Origin: a virus
Length of the DNA: 64,000 bases
Strand: one strand, 5' to 3'
Virus record (IMG/VR): IMGVR_UViG_3300030002_000007
Coordinates: 1-64,000 of that record
In this document: positions 28,195 to 38,033 of the stretch, in pieces
Layout of the letters: each line of letters opens with the position of its first letter
Numbering within the stretch: position 1 is the first letter of the stretch
Translations under genes and position numbers: made by a program
The notes under the pieces: model-generated
What the model saw: the letters and a program-made list of their open reading frames with translations, nothing else
What the model was told of the DNA's origin: nothing
The model's database searches: none

Positions 28195-28689
28195 CTAGGT
28201 ACCGGAAACAGACCCTGCTGCTTTGGTGGAGCCGTCAGTAGTAAGAACAAACGTACCGTGATCTTCGGCAGCATCGACAGACAGAACGGAGTTAGCAGAC
28301 AACGCCATCTTTATTGTGGCATCGAAGTCACCAGCGTCATGATCGCCGCAATGACAACCTTCGCAACCCGCGCACCCATCAGCTGCTTCGGCTTCACCAC
28401 ACAGATACTGTAGCGCGGCCATAACGCTCTGGATGTCACGACCACGAACCGGCAAGCGAATAGTCTGACCAGCAGCGAAGTTATCCATGGCCCGACGCTT
28501 GCCTTCCTTCTTGTTGTAGCTGTCCCGGATGTTGCACAGGGCCGTCGCCACCAGCACTGTGGAGTCAGGCTTGTTATAGCGATTGAATTCATACAGGTAG
28601 GCGACAGTCAAGCCGCCTTTGGTGTCGACATTGCCGTCTGCCTTGATTCGGCGAATGTGTTGGATACGAATCTTGTTTTGCGCGCTCAT
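28195..28689 (-). CDS. Hypothetical phage protein
   Basis: AGGAG RBS; GGLTVAY...ALCN-RD-YNKKEG pattern. Confidence 0.6.
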   Translation of the reverse strand: MSAQNKIRIQHIRRIKADGNVDTKGGLTVAYLYEFNRYNKPDSTVLVATALCNIRDSYNKKEGKRRAMDNFAAGQTIRLPVRGRDIQSVMAALQYLCGEAEAADGCAGCEGCHCGDHDAGDFDATIKMALSANSVLSVDAAEDHGTFVLTTDGSTKAAGSVSGT

Positions 28690-29114
28690 GCGGGTACTCC
28701 TTCTTCGATGGTTACTGGGGTTGTATAAACGACTAAATCGGGTTCTGTGCCGTTCTTGAAAAAGCATTTCGCTAGGGCTGCGTGCTTCGTGTCAAAGTCG
28801 TCTGACGAAAGCCTTCCAGCCTGTTGCAGTTTGGTACATGAGTCAAATGCCATCTCGTTGGCCTTAACGAAACCAAGGTCGACGAAATACCGCTGCCCGT
28901 CCTTCATCCGTATGTGCTTGAGTCTTCGATCCTGATGCCAATTAACATGACTCATGACTCCGGTGCATTGGTAGCCATTTTTCTTCTTGCAACAAGGAAT
29001 GCTGAAGGGTGATACACCATCCCTTGAGTTCCACACTACCTCAATCATCTTGCAGGTCTCACACTGATACTGCATCAGACAAAACGCTTCTTTGTGCTTA
29101 TAGGTTACCACCAC
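28686..29114 (-). CDS. Cys-rich hypothetical protein
   Basis: YQCETC...WNSRDGV-PF-IPC. Confidence 0.6.
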   Translation of the reverse strand: MVVTYKHKEAFCLMQYQCETCKMIEVVWNSRDGVSPFSIPCCKKKNGYQCTGVMSHVNWHQDRRLKHIRMKDGQRYFVDLGFVKANEMAFDSCTKLQQAGRLSSDDFDTKHAALAKCFFKNGTEPDLVVYTTPVTIEEGVPA

Positions 29115-29761
29115 GCTGTCACCTCCCTGAAAATTTTCAACTCGAGTGCATTGAATGCAAACAGTGTATTGTTATTTTTACAGTATTGGTACATGTTCGC
29201 ACAAGCAATCTGCACGGGGATGAACACCGCACGATCTTGCACCACGGGGAAGCGATAGAAGTACAGCTGCAGAGGGAAAGCGGCACGCAGCTTGTGGATT
29301 AAGTCAGCGTCGGTACTCCACACCAGATGGAGGCTATCCAACTGTGGATCAACTACACCCCACACATAGATGGGATCACCGTGAGAGATCAAGGAAAAGC
29401 TGCCGTGCTTAGAAGTAGAGGCCACCAGCAGAGCATGGGGTACTCCCTCGCGTCTACGAATACGTTCCAGCTTAGACAACCATGACTCGCCCACGTACTC
29501 TGAGTCCAACGTGGCCAGCCTGTTAGGGTAGTGAGCTTCAAGAGACTTGATCGAGTCGTCTGCTGAGCTGCTGAGGTACAGATCTAGGTGCTTGTCTCTG
29601 GAAGGAATCGAGACCTCTTGATGGTTGAGACCTTCCACATCAAGTTCATAGCCGCCGATGTATCGACCGATGTAGTGGTCACCACGAACAAGGTTAGGAC
29701 AAACAGGGGCTAACGAAAATGACGGAGCTTGTTGGGCACACAAGACTAATGAGCCATACAT
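29105..29761 (-). CDS. Hypothetical protein
   Basis: 218-aa ORF in the operon. Confidence 0.6.
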   Translation of the reverse strand: MYGSLVLCAQQAPSFSLAPVCPNLVRGDHYIGRYIGGYELDVEGLNHQEVSIPSRDKHLDLYLSSSADDSIKSLEAHYPNRLATLDSEYVGESWLSKLERIRRREGVPHALLVASTSKHGSFSLISHGDPIYVWGVVDPQLDSLHLVWSTDADLIHKLRAAFPLQLYFYRFPVVQDRAVFIPVQIACANMYQYCKNNNTLFAFNALELKIFREVTAWW

Positions 29762-29770
29762 GGGATACCC

Positions 29771-30142
29771 TCAATGTAGGTTTGGTTTTGGAATTGGAGA
29801 GAAGGCAGTTGACGAATCAGTAGCAAGCTTGCCACCATAGTGAGAGAGCATGTGACGAGGGTTTGAGATGTCGCCCGCAGTCAAGTGCTCTAGTAGATCA
29901 AGTGCGAACGAGGGAACCTGAGCGTCCGTCAGGTACGCGTCAGTGCTGTACAGCTCAGTGCTAAATACGGGGAAGGGAAACTCGACGAGCTCTCCATGCA
30001 CGGCAACGACCAACTTCGCATACGTTATATGGTAGAAGTTTTGGCGCCAGCTGTGCATGAATAGCATATACGAATCGTCTCGGCCATCGATGATCCATGT
30101 CAAGAGCGACACGGCCTCTAGCGAGAAGTAAGGAGGGCTCAC
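29771..30142 (-). CDS. Hypothetical protein
   Basis: GGAGG RBS; GTGA overlap with the polymerase stop. Confidence 0.6.
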   Translation of the reverse strand: MSPPYFSLEAVSLLTWIIDGRDDSYMLFMHSWRQNFYHITYAKLVVAVHGELVEFPFPVFSTELYSTDAYLTDAQVPSFALDLLEHLTAGDISNPRHMLSHYGGKLATDSSTAFSPIPKPNLH

Positions 30143-33100
30143 GCCGCCTCCATCTCAGGTTCAGGTTTACGGACATACACCGGTTTCACAGCGGTGAGGA
30201 TCTGTTCGTCTAGGTCTGTGACATTCAACAACGGGAAATGCTCTTGCAGGTATGCCCGGACTTGCGCGCTACGCCACGGCTTGAAGATGCGCTTCATCAC
30301 CTCAGCTTTCGGCATGTCCAGCTTCTTCATGTCTTCCATATCGGTGAGAGCCTTTTCGATATTGACGACTAGGTTGGGTATGGACCAATCCCACTTGTAG
30401 CTCTTGTCATCACGCGAGGACACTTCGATTTCGATTTCAGGTTCGATAGTGAAATGCACACCGAACTCATCTGCGTAGGCCTTAGTGATTCCATAGGTCG
30501 CCTCCCACTGCAAGATATGAATGAACGGGATCACCATCTCGTAAGGCACACAGAAGTACGAAGCGTCATGCACAATACGATTGAAGAAGATGCGGAACCT
30601 CGACGGCTTCCAGTCATCAAGCTTCATCATCTTTCGGAGAGTGGCACATTGATCGTAGTACGTCTCCATGATCCGACGAGATGCCTTCGTGCCGATCTCC
30701 GACGCGAAGCCTTGGATAGGTGCATTTGCACCACGTCGGGTCTGCTTGGCAGTAATGCCTTGATCGCCCATCAACCCAGCTAGCATCAAACGCCGACGGC
30801 CAATCGGGGAGTAGACATAGAACTCTTCCTCCGCCATCTTCACCATCTTGTCGATCCAAGCCTTGCCCTTACTGAATTCGGCAAACAGCTTGTCCATGAT
30901 GTCTTGAGCGTACGGGCTACGATCTTCTTCAAGCAAGGCTAGGAGTTGCTCTTCGACCACATCTATCTCTCCCTGCACTTTCCGATCACCATCGCGTAGC
31001 CGCTTGTACATCCCATTAAGCTTTGCTCGTAGCTCTTTGATCTCTGCCTCTTTCGTGTCATGCCCCAACGTCCGAGCACCCTTCAAGTAGATGACTCCGA
31101 AAATAACCTTCTTCACAGCGTCACGCAATGGGCTGCTCTTGTCCACGATCTTGTTGAAGAATCGCTTGACGTTCAGAAGGTGGAAGTCTCCATCTCGTTT
31201 GATCTCTGCTGCCATCTCGGGCGTCGGAGATTTGATCCAACGCTGCCGCAGCTTCTGACCAATCGCAAACACCGCAGCTAGAAGCTTGTCACCCGACACG
31301 ATCGACCACACTCGAACTTCGTGGGCTGAATAATCGAACCGAATGAGCAAGTGACCGATAGGTGCTCGGAACATCGCCTTGATGATCTTCGACAGTTTAC
31401 CTCGCGCCGGAATGTTTTGCAGGTTCGGATTCTTCGAGGCTAGGCGTCCCGTGTCCACATCGAAGAACGAATAGTCCGGGCGCAAATACGAATCAAGGGA
31501 GGAGTCAAGGTCTGATCTGATTCTTCGATACCAACCCTTGACGTAGGTGCTCAACAGCTTGGCGGCTTCTTGGTAGTCGCCGAACATTGAAACGATCAGG
31601 CTCTTGTCTTTGTAGTATGCGATGTAGTTCTTATCGATTGCATCGGCACCGGCCTTCGTCTTGGAGATTGCTGGCAGATTCAATATGTCGAAGAAGAGCT
31701 TACGCTTATGCTCCGTCTTGCCGAGGGACAGTATCCAACGTGCTGCCGCACCTGCCTTAGCAAACAAGCCCTTCGACTTGAAGCCCGATTCTCCGAGCAA
31801 CTCAGTATTAGCTTTCTGCACGTCAGGATGCAAATACAGCTCGTCGAGCAAGCGCTTGATTTCAATATCTAGCACTGACCCTTCAGCCATCAACGACCGG
31901 AGGTATGTACGACTCACCAAGGAGCCATCTTGCTTCAAGTGCGAGAGCTGGTGGGCTGTGTCCGACATCTGGTAGCGCATGTGGTTGTCGAAGTACGGCA
32001 ACCAATCTTTGCCAGCGATCTTGATCCTTGACGCCCGCTCCCTCTGCATCTTCCGCATGTGCAATAAGCACACCGCATCCATCGATGCATACTCAAGGAA
32101 GTCTGGATTGTTCGGCTCGACGTTCCCGCATGTGGCGCGTTCGCCCTTGGAGAACTTGGCTGTGTAGTAGTGATCGTTGCCGTAGCGACACAGGGCGGCA
32201 GCTAGGCCACCTGCTCGGAAGCCATAGGAAGGCAGGCTCGATATGTTCTCATCTAGCAAGTGCTCACCGGCAGTTATCTCCCACACCGGTGCTTTGATGA
32301 TAAGCATGTTCAAGCACGTGCGAAGGACTCGCAGGTCGAACATGCCATTGTAGGTGAGGAAGATGTTGGTCTTCAGGCGTAGACGCGCTCGCAAGGTCGC
32401 CTTGATCTCTTTCCGTTCTTCCTGAGTGAATGGAGACTTGGGGTGGTCGACTGGAATGACAAAGCCCAGCTCGGGATTAGAGTCGAAGCACAGCTGCACG
32501 GTGTAGATCTTGTTGTGATAGACCGACAGATTCTTCGTCTCCGTGTCCAAGCCGATGTACTCAGACTTGTCGAACAGCTTGGTCATCTTCCTGAACAACT
32601 CGATCGTACCGACGTACTTGGGCTTGTTGATCAACTCCTTCAAAGAGCAGGGGTCTTTGCCGAGCAGCAAGTGTGAGAGATCCCGGCAGAAGAAGCCGAG
32701 CAGGTTGGCTAGGGCACCATTCTTCTCAGTGAGCCGTGCAAGATCGAGCGTAGAGGTGACCTTGCGCTTGTCGATAGTATGAACCCAGCCATTCTTCTCG
32801 ACGGGGTGGGTAACAGGATAGATCAGGGATAGATTCCCTGAGAACAAAATGTGCGTGGGGTTGAGCTTCTCGATCAGATCGAGGGTACGCTCTTTGAAGG
32901 AACGCTCAACGTCGAGTCGAGCGGAGTCTCGCATGTGGAAGCTTTTGGCGTCGTTAAAGTTTATAACGGCGTAGGAGAACTCAGGGATGTCGCCCCAAGT
33001 GCGGGCGAACTTGCGCGCGTACTTGATGCAGTTGGAGAGAGTGGGGGTGCTGGCTAATCTCCCACTCTTCAGATCTGCAGTGTCGACGGTCTGCAGGATG

Positions 33101-33195
33101 ACCAGTAAGCGATGCTTGGACTGTTCCCATGACTGGTCACGGCCAAGGGTCAGGTTGTAATCTACGGTGTCAGCTTTGAATCCACGATCAAACAT
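30139..33195 (-). CDS. polA: Family A DNA polymerase with 3'-5' exonuclease and N-terminal extra domain
   Basis: Exo GLDTET, YNGMFD, YASMD; TGRLAS-NPNLQNIP; DYSAHEVR; K-VIFG-IY; NAPIQG; VHDA. Confidence 0.93.
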   Translation of the reverse strand: MFDRGFKADTVDYNLTLGRDQSWEQSKHRLLVILQTVDTADLKSGRLASTPTLSNCIKYARKFARTWGDIPEFSYAVINFNDAKSFHMRDSARLDVERSFKERTLDLIEKLNPTHILFSGNLSLIYPVTHPVEKNGWVHTIDKRKVTSTLDLARLTEKNGALANLLGFFCRDLSHLLLGKDPCSLKELINKPKYVGTIELFRKMTKLFDKSEYIGLDTETKNLSVYHNKIYTVQLCFDSNPELGFVIPVDHPKSPFTQEERKEIKATLRARLRLKTNIFLTYNGMFDLRVLRTCLNMLIIKAPVWEITAGEHLLDENISSLPSYGFRAGGLAAALCRYGNDHYYTAKFSKGERATCGNVEPNNPDFLEYASMDAVCLLHMRKMQRERASRIKIAGKDWLPYFDNHMRYQMSDTAHQLSHLKQDGSLVSRTYLRSLMAEGSVLDIEIKRLLDELYLHPDVQKANTELLGESGFKSKGLFAKAGAAARWILSLGKTEHKRKLFFDILNLPAISKTKAGADAIDKNYIAYYKDKSLIVSMFGDYQEAAKLLSTYVKGWYRRIRSDLDSSLDSYLRPDYSFFDVDTGRLASKNPNLQNIPARGKLSKIIKAMFRAPIGHLLIRFDYSAHEVRVWSIVSGDKLLAAVFAIGQKLRQRWIKSPTPEMAAEIKRDGDFHLLNVKRFFNKIVDKSSPLRDAVKKVIFGVIYLKGARTLGHDTKEAEIKELRAKLNGMYKRLRDGDRKVQGEIDVVEEQLLALLEEDRSPYAQDIMDKLFAEFSKGKAWIDKMVKMAEEEFYVYSPIGRRRLMLAGLMGDQGITAKQTRRGANAPIQGFASEIGTKASRRIMETYYDQCATLRKMMKLDDWKPSRFRIFFNRIVHDASYFCVPYEMVIPFIHILQWEATYGITKAYADEFGVHFTIEPEIEIEVSSRDDKSYKWDWSIPNLVVNIEKALTDMEDMKKLDMPKAEVMKRIFKPWRSAQVRAYLQEHFPLLNVTDLDEQILTAVKPVYVRKPEPEMEAA

Positions 33196-33238
33196 TTAGG
33201 GAACCTCGATGGGTTGTGTTCCCTAGTATTTACATTTT

Positions 33239-33499
33239 TCAATCCTGCGTCTTCTTCAGAGCATCCAGGATGGTGTTGCGGATCTCTTGCACCTCCGTAC
33301 TGTGGGGAGTGTTAAGTCCAACGCGCCTACAGAAGTCGTCGATGTTAAGTTCGTCAGGGGTGTAGACACACACGCCTGTCGCCCGGTGCTTCCACAAGCA
33401 CACGCCCCGGCTGAGAGGGCAAGAAGTCACAGCCAATTGTTTGTTGATGATTCCACAGTACGCACCCACTTTGTCACTCCGTCGTTGTTGATGTTGCAA
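33239..33499 (-). CDS. Small Cys-rich hypothetical protein (start uncertain)
   Basis: Fills the gap; C...CP...C-W-H...C pattern. Confidence 0.5.
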   Translation of the reverse strand: MQHQQRRSDKVGAYCGIINKQLAVTSCPLSRGVCLWKHRATGVCVYTPDELNIDDFCRRVGLNTPHSTEVQEIRNTILDALKKTQD

Positions 33500-33725
33500 C
33501 TGATACCGAATCTGTTGGCTCCACAGTTTCTAGAGCCTTCTGTGCCAGCGCCTGATCGGTAAAGTCTTGCAGCTTGGCGATAACAAACACGCCCAACTGA
33601 AAGCCCAACCACAACGTCTCCGTCTTAGTGCTGACGTAACCGTTGGGTCCTCGTGATACACTGTACTTCAAGCCATGTGCTTGCACTTCAAACAGTCGGC
33701 GCAGCTGCGCCTCACTCATAGCCAT
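33474..33725 (-). CDS. Hypothetical protein
   Basis: GAGG RBS. Confidence 0.55.
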   Translation of the reverse strand: MAMSEAQLRRLFEVQAHGLKYSVSRGPNGYVSTKTETLWLGFQLGVFVIAKLQDFTDQALAQKALETVEPTDSVSVATSTTTE

Positions 33726-33729
33726 ATTT

Positions 33730-34230
33730 TCAGTTCCTCATTTGATTGTAAGTCACCAGCGCTTTGGTCAGATATTGCTTGGCCAGAGCGATGTGGTGAT
33801 CGTTCTGCATGTTCTCCGGACACGCTTCAAGATTGGCGACACCCAACTGCGCGGAGTCTTTCATCACAGTAAGCAGCTGACTGTTCTTGCTGATCGCTGC
33901 TACGATCCCTTCTGTCTGTTGGAGAACTTTGCGTAGGGACGCATCCAGTACCTGAACTTTATTGTCCAGCTTGTGCAATGTATCCTTTACAGCAAGTACA
34001 TCGACGGCAAAATCCTGCATTGTTGAGGAAGGAGCAGTAAGGGTTTCCACTTGTCGCTCGAGCAACGCGATCCGCTCAATGGCAGAGAGGCGTCCGCGCT
34101 CTTCTGCCTCTGCGAACAGTGCGTTAAAGTCCTCGCCACTCAAGACTACATCTGCCACCGCAGGAGGAGTCTTCGCAGGTTCTTCACTTGGTATGGATGT
34201 ATCACCGGTGTTGTCAATGTTAGAGGTCAT
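33730..34230 (-). CDS. Coiled-coil hypothetical protein
   Basis: AAGGA RBS, heptad pattern. Confidence 0.6.
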   Translation of the reverse strand: MTSNIDNTGDTSIPSEEPAKTPPAVADVVLSGEDFNALFAEAEERGRLSAIERIALLERQVETLTAPSSTMQDFAVDVLAVKDTLHKLDNKVQVLDASLRKVLQQTEGIVAAISKNSQLLTVMKDSAQLGVANLEACPENMQNDHHIALAKQYLTKALVTYNQMRN

Positions 34231-34255
34231 GATGATTCCTTACTTCTTATTGATG

Positions 34256-35272
34256 TTACCTGAGGGAGGATAAAATACGCTTACGCGTAGCTTGGACAGA
34301 AGCCTTCAACTTGTCGGGGACATCCAAACCAGAGACCCACGAATTGAAAAACTCCTTGGTGGAAATTCTGTGATCGATACCGTCTGATGGTAAGTCCTCA
34401 GTAAGGACGGAGGCTAGCTGAGCTTTAGACTGGAAGTTGCGAACGACACAAACATTCAGATGCTTGTAGTCATCTGCAGTGACCTGTGCCCCGTCTTGCA
34501 GAACCAGCTTGACCAGATCGGTGCTCTTCAGATCGTGCGGGATGTCAGAAGCAGTTTGCACCGTGATCGTATGCAGCCGGTACTTCGGCTTGAACGGAAC
34601 ACTGGTGATCTCGAAATCCTGAGGGCCATTGAATTCGATGGAATGGAAAAACTTCTTGGGCTTCTCACCGAAGCACGTCTGGTACAGAGTACCTGAGTAG
34701 TAAGTGTTCCGTACAACTTGGTTCGTATGGATGTGACCCGCGACGGCAACACAGTCACTCTGGTCTCGCTCTTCATTCAATATCTGCCGACCGTTGTCTG
34801 TAGTGGCACCGTAGACGTCGAGGTGACAGACGTTCAAAGCTTTCGGATGGAACTTGTCCCGAGGGAACGGAAGGAAGCGCACAAGAGCGCCGTCGATCTT
34901 AACGTCAGCTCCAGCGAGGTAGATGTGAATGTTCGATCGCTTGGCAACTTCAAACTCACTCACGACTTCCAGCGAGTGTCCGACCTCGGGCGTACGCCCG
35001 ATCGTGTCGTGATTACCGGGGATGATGAAAAATTCAAACTCTTTGTTGCTCAACACCTTTGAAAGCTCGAGCATGCCTGAGTAAGACATGCGTGGGTTCT
35101 CACAGATGTCACCGTAGAAGATAATGTTGCGTACGTTCTGTTGCTCAGCGTATCTGAGAACTCTCTGAACTTCACCACACACCATAGCGTCGTGGTTATC
35201 AATGTACTTGGAGAGGCCACCCAATCCTAGGTGGTCGGTCAAATGAAGGTCGCCAATTCCGAGTGCGCGCAT
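34256..35272 (-). CDS. SbcD/Mre11-like metallophosphoesterase nuclease
   Basis: GDLH, GD, GNHD, GHIH, YSG motifs; AGGAG RBS. Confidence 0.88.
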   Translation of the reverse strand: MRALGIGDLHLTDHLGLGGLSKYIDNHDAMVCGEVQRVLRYAEQQNVRNIIFYGDICENPRMSYSGMLELSKVLSNKEFEFFIIPGNHDTIGRTPEVGHSLEVVSEFEVAKRSNIHIYLAGADVKIDGALVRFLPFPRDKFHPKALNVCHLDVYGATTDNGRQILNEERDQSDCVAVAGHIHTNQVVRNTYYSGTLYQTCFGEKPKKFFHSIEFNGPQDFEITSVPFKPKYRLHTITVQTASDIPHDLKSTDLVKLVLQDGAQVTADDYKHLNVCVVRNFQSKAQLASVLTEDLPSDGIDHRISTKEFFNSWVSGLDVPDKLKASVQATRKRILSSLR

Positions 35273-35942
35273 ATACTGAACTCCTAAATCTTTCTTTGTA
35301 TGAAATTAGAACTGCTCCCTCAGAATTTACAGTATGAAAGGTTGCGAGAATTCAGTGAGTCTCTGTAATGATGAAGTCCTCTCTTCTATAAAACAAGCCA
35401 GACTGAAAGTGGGTCCGCGCTTGTCCTGACTTGCAGTTGATCCATCGTGTCCGTAGGACATGGACGGATCCGTTCCTCAAACGTAAGGTAGGCTCCATGA
35501 CTCAACTGTTCTTGAACCTAGGAAGGGTTTGAGGCTTTAGCCTTCGCTCACCCACACGCTACCTCGAAGGGCGGAGCCCGAAGAGGGTGGGGGAATATCC
35601 GGTGCATTGCTGACTAGAAGGATCCGAACCTAAGAGAGATCCGATCCCTACCGCATCCTCAACCTTTACTGAGAAGCAAGAGCGATCCCTTCCTTACTGA
35701 ACCGACAATTCCCCCCGAGGGCTCCGCCCTCTGTCGGGGTGATCAAAGGCTAAAGCCTCAAACCCTTCCATTATTCTTTTGCGATAGCACTGTGAATGTC
35801 CTAGGATTCAAATACTGTAAATTAGGGGAAATGAATTGTTATCCATCCACGTTCTATAATAAGCAATGACAATTCATTTCATTCATTGATCTCAGTACGA
35901 TTTTGGGGCACAGAACAACACATTTCACAGAGGCGAATAAGC
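35273..35942. other. Divergent intergenic region with nested inverted repeats; candidate replication origin
   Basis: Strand switch; largest non-coding gap; perfect 24-bp IR at 35521-35544/35746-35769. Confidence 0.55.
35521..35769. repeat. Long interrupted inverted repeat
   Basis: GGAAGGGTTTGAGGCTTTAGCCTT / AAGGCTAAAGCCTCAAACCCTTCC plus inner AGGGCGGAGCCC / GGGCTCCGCCCT. Confidence 0.9.
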
Positions 35943-38033
35943 ATGAAAAGCACGACTCGTAAACCCCTAGAGAGTAAGGCCAATCCTATCTACTTCGCAG
36001 ACGTGCTTCCAGGTGCAGGGAAGACTCTCTGGGCTATAGAGAAGATGCGAGACTGCATAGACAAGAAGAAGGGCATCATCCTCTACGTGGCACCGACTCA
36101 TGATCTCTTGGACGAAGTCGAGCGGAAGCTAGTCATCAACACTCGTGCTAGTTGTGTCCACCACATTCGCGCTACCAACGATGGCGAGTCAACCTCTGTT
36201 GCTCTCCGCCTGAAGATCGACGGTGGTGTCTCGCGCTACGGTGCTACTATAAAGCCGTGCAGTCCCGGCACTGTATTACTCTGCACTCACGAGACCTTTC
36301 TGTATCTCACCACCGATGTGAACTCTTCCATGTATATCAAACGTAGAGCGGAAGTGAATGTCATCTTCGACGAAGCGCGCAAGTGCGTGCTGTCCGAAAC
36401 GAAATTCTCCTTACCGAGAGATGCCACTTCAGCCTTTCTGGAAACGTTCATCCACAGAGAGGACGCACCTGCGGGTCATGAGTTTGGTCGCGTCCATCTG
36501 AAGAAGGACGTGCTAGACACTGAGGCCTTCGACGCCATCTTCTCTAGGAGCAGCAAGCTCCGGCGTTTCCGTAGTCGCGTGCTTCAGCAGCTAACTGCAA
36601 TCCGTGGAGACTCTAACATTGAGATGTACGCTAGCATCAAGCGCATGGAGGACGCAGAGGACACCGAGTTCCTATTCCAGACTATGCTCGTGCCTCGCCA
36701 CGCCTTCCATGGTTGGAAGAAGGCTGTCCTGCTTGCTGCCTTCTTCAAGAACTCTCAGATGTACCACCTGCTGGCGCAGTACGACGTGTCCTCTTTGCTA
36801 GGGACGACAGACAAGAGTAGTGCTGCTAAGTACGACCAATTGATCCTGTCTGCTGGTGGTGAAGATAAGCTGTGCAAGCTGATCGACATATCCACTAAGG
36901 TGGTTAGGGCTGCAAGGGTCAACGCCATCCTCAAACGCTATAAAGCACTGACCGTCACTTACATCAGCCCCAACACTTCGTTCACTATGTTTCATCTGCG
37001 GAACAGTGTGTTGGTTGGAAATATTGAGCCAGATACTCTAGCCGAGTTCACCTTGGCATACAGAGCGTGGAGTAGGAAGAGAGGGCACGCTCACATCCCT
37101 CTGGCTGCGTCGCTACCTGAGGTCTTCTCAGCCAGCCCTGATCCTGAACTAGTACGCATGTTCAAGCTGCTCAAGATCCACACGGAGTACTCTAGGCTGA
37201 CACCTCTTCGTTACTATGTACGTGCAGCCTTTGGGTTATGTCGACGCTGGTTGTCCCAGCATCGGATGAAAAAAGAAACTATCCCTATGCTGGTGAACAT
37301 CGGCACTACGGAAGGATCTAGCTCCCGCAATCGCCACTGGGTGCAGGACGTGATGAAAGTTGTACCTGATCCTGCAGACAATTTGTTGGAGGTGCCGTTT
37401 GTCAATCATGGCTTGAATAGGTTCAAAGAGTTGAACACTCTTGCCTTCCTCGCTACCCTGAATCCTACACCGACCACGGCTCGATTGTTTCGTCAGCTAT
37501 GCCCGAGTTACAATCCCAAGCTAGACCACACTGTCGATCAGGCGATCCAGACGGCGATGCGCATTTCGATACGCGACACATCCTCACGCACCAAGCCCCT
37601 AGTAGTGGTAACGGACCGTCCGTTGGCCGAAGCAATCGTCGAGCACCTACAGGGTGTGCCGTCCTTAGTTGAACCGCAGTCGATTTTTTCTGAGTTCCCA
37701 AACTTAGATCCATTTTTCTTACCTAGGGAGACGCACGCAGAGAAGAAAGTGAGACTCAAAGCCAATCCCGAGCTCGCAACTAAGATGCGTGCCAAACAAG
37801 CCAATGCTATGGCCCGGTCCCGTGAGCGCAACGCAGAGCAGATAAAGTACATAAAAGAAAACAGTAAATATGTTAGTGCAGTAAACACGTTATCAATAAA
37901 GGTGACTCGCCTGAAGAAAGACGGAAAGCCGTTTGAGAAGCAGAAACTGGAGCTAACTGCCTTGCGTGAGAAAGCTAAAATGGAGAGGAAAGAGTTGATA
38001 GCGGAATTCAAGAAGGGACAGAGCAATGGTTGA
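35943..38033 (+). CDS. SF2 helicase-like protein, possible origin-binding protein
   Basis: PGAGKT, YVAPT, LCTHET, IFDEA, HGLN, QTAMRISIRD; basic helical C-terminus. Confidence 0.7.
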   Translation: MKSTTRKPLESKANPIYFADVLPGAGKTLWAIEKMRDCIDKKKGIILYVAPTHDLLDEVERKLVINTRASCVHHIRATNDGESTSVALRLKIDGGVSRYGATIKPCSPGTVLLCTHETFLYLTTDVNSSMYIKRRAEVNVIFDEARKCVLSETKFSLPRDATSAFLETFIHREDAPAGHEFGRVHLKKDVLDTEAFDAIFSRSSKLRRFRSRVLQQLTAIRGDSNIEMYASIKRMEDAEDTEFLFQTMLVPRHAFHGWKKAVLLAAFFKNSQMYHLLAQYDVSSLLGTTDKSSAAKYDQLILSAGGEDKLCKLIDISTKVVRAARVNAILKRYKALTVTYISPNTSFTMFHLRNSVLVGNIEPDTLAEFTLAYRAWSRKRGHAHIPLAASLPEVFSASPDPELVRMFKLLKIHTEYSRLTPLRYYVRAAFGLCRRWLSQHRMKKETIPMLVNIGTTEGSSSRNRHWVQDVMKVVPDPADNLLEVPFVNHGLNRFKELNTLAFLATLNPTPTTARLFRQLCPSYNPKLDHTVDQAIQTAMRISIRDTSSRTKPLVVVTDRPLAEAIVEHLQGVPSLVEPQSIFSEFPNLDPFFLPRETHAEKKVRLKANPELATKMRAKQANAMARSRERNAEQIKYIKENSKYVSAVNTLSIKVTRLKKDGKPFEKQKLELTALREKAKMERKELIAEFKKGQSNG

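Noticed and set aside
35839-35847. DnaA box-like TTATCCATC
   Set aside because: Single copy with two mismatches to TTATCCACA; insufficient.
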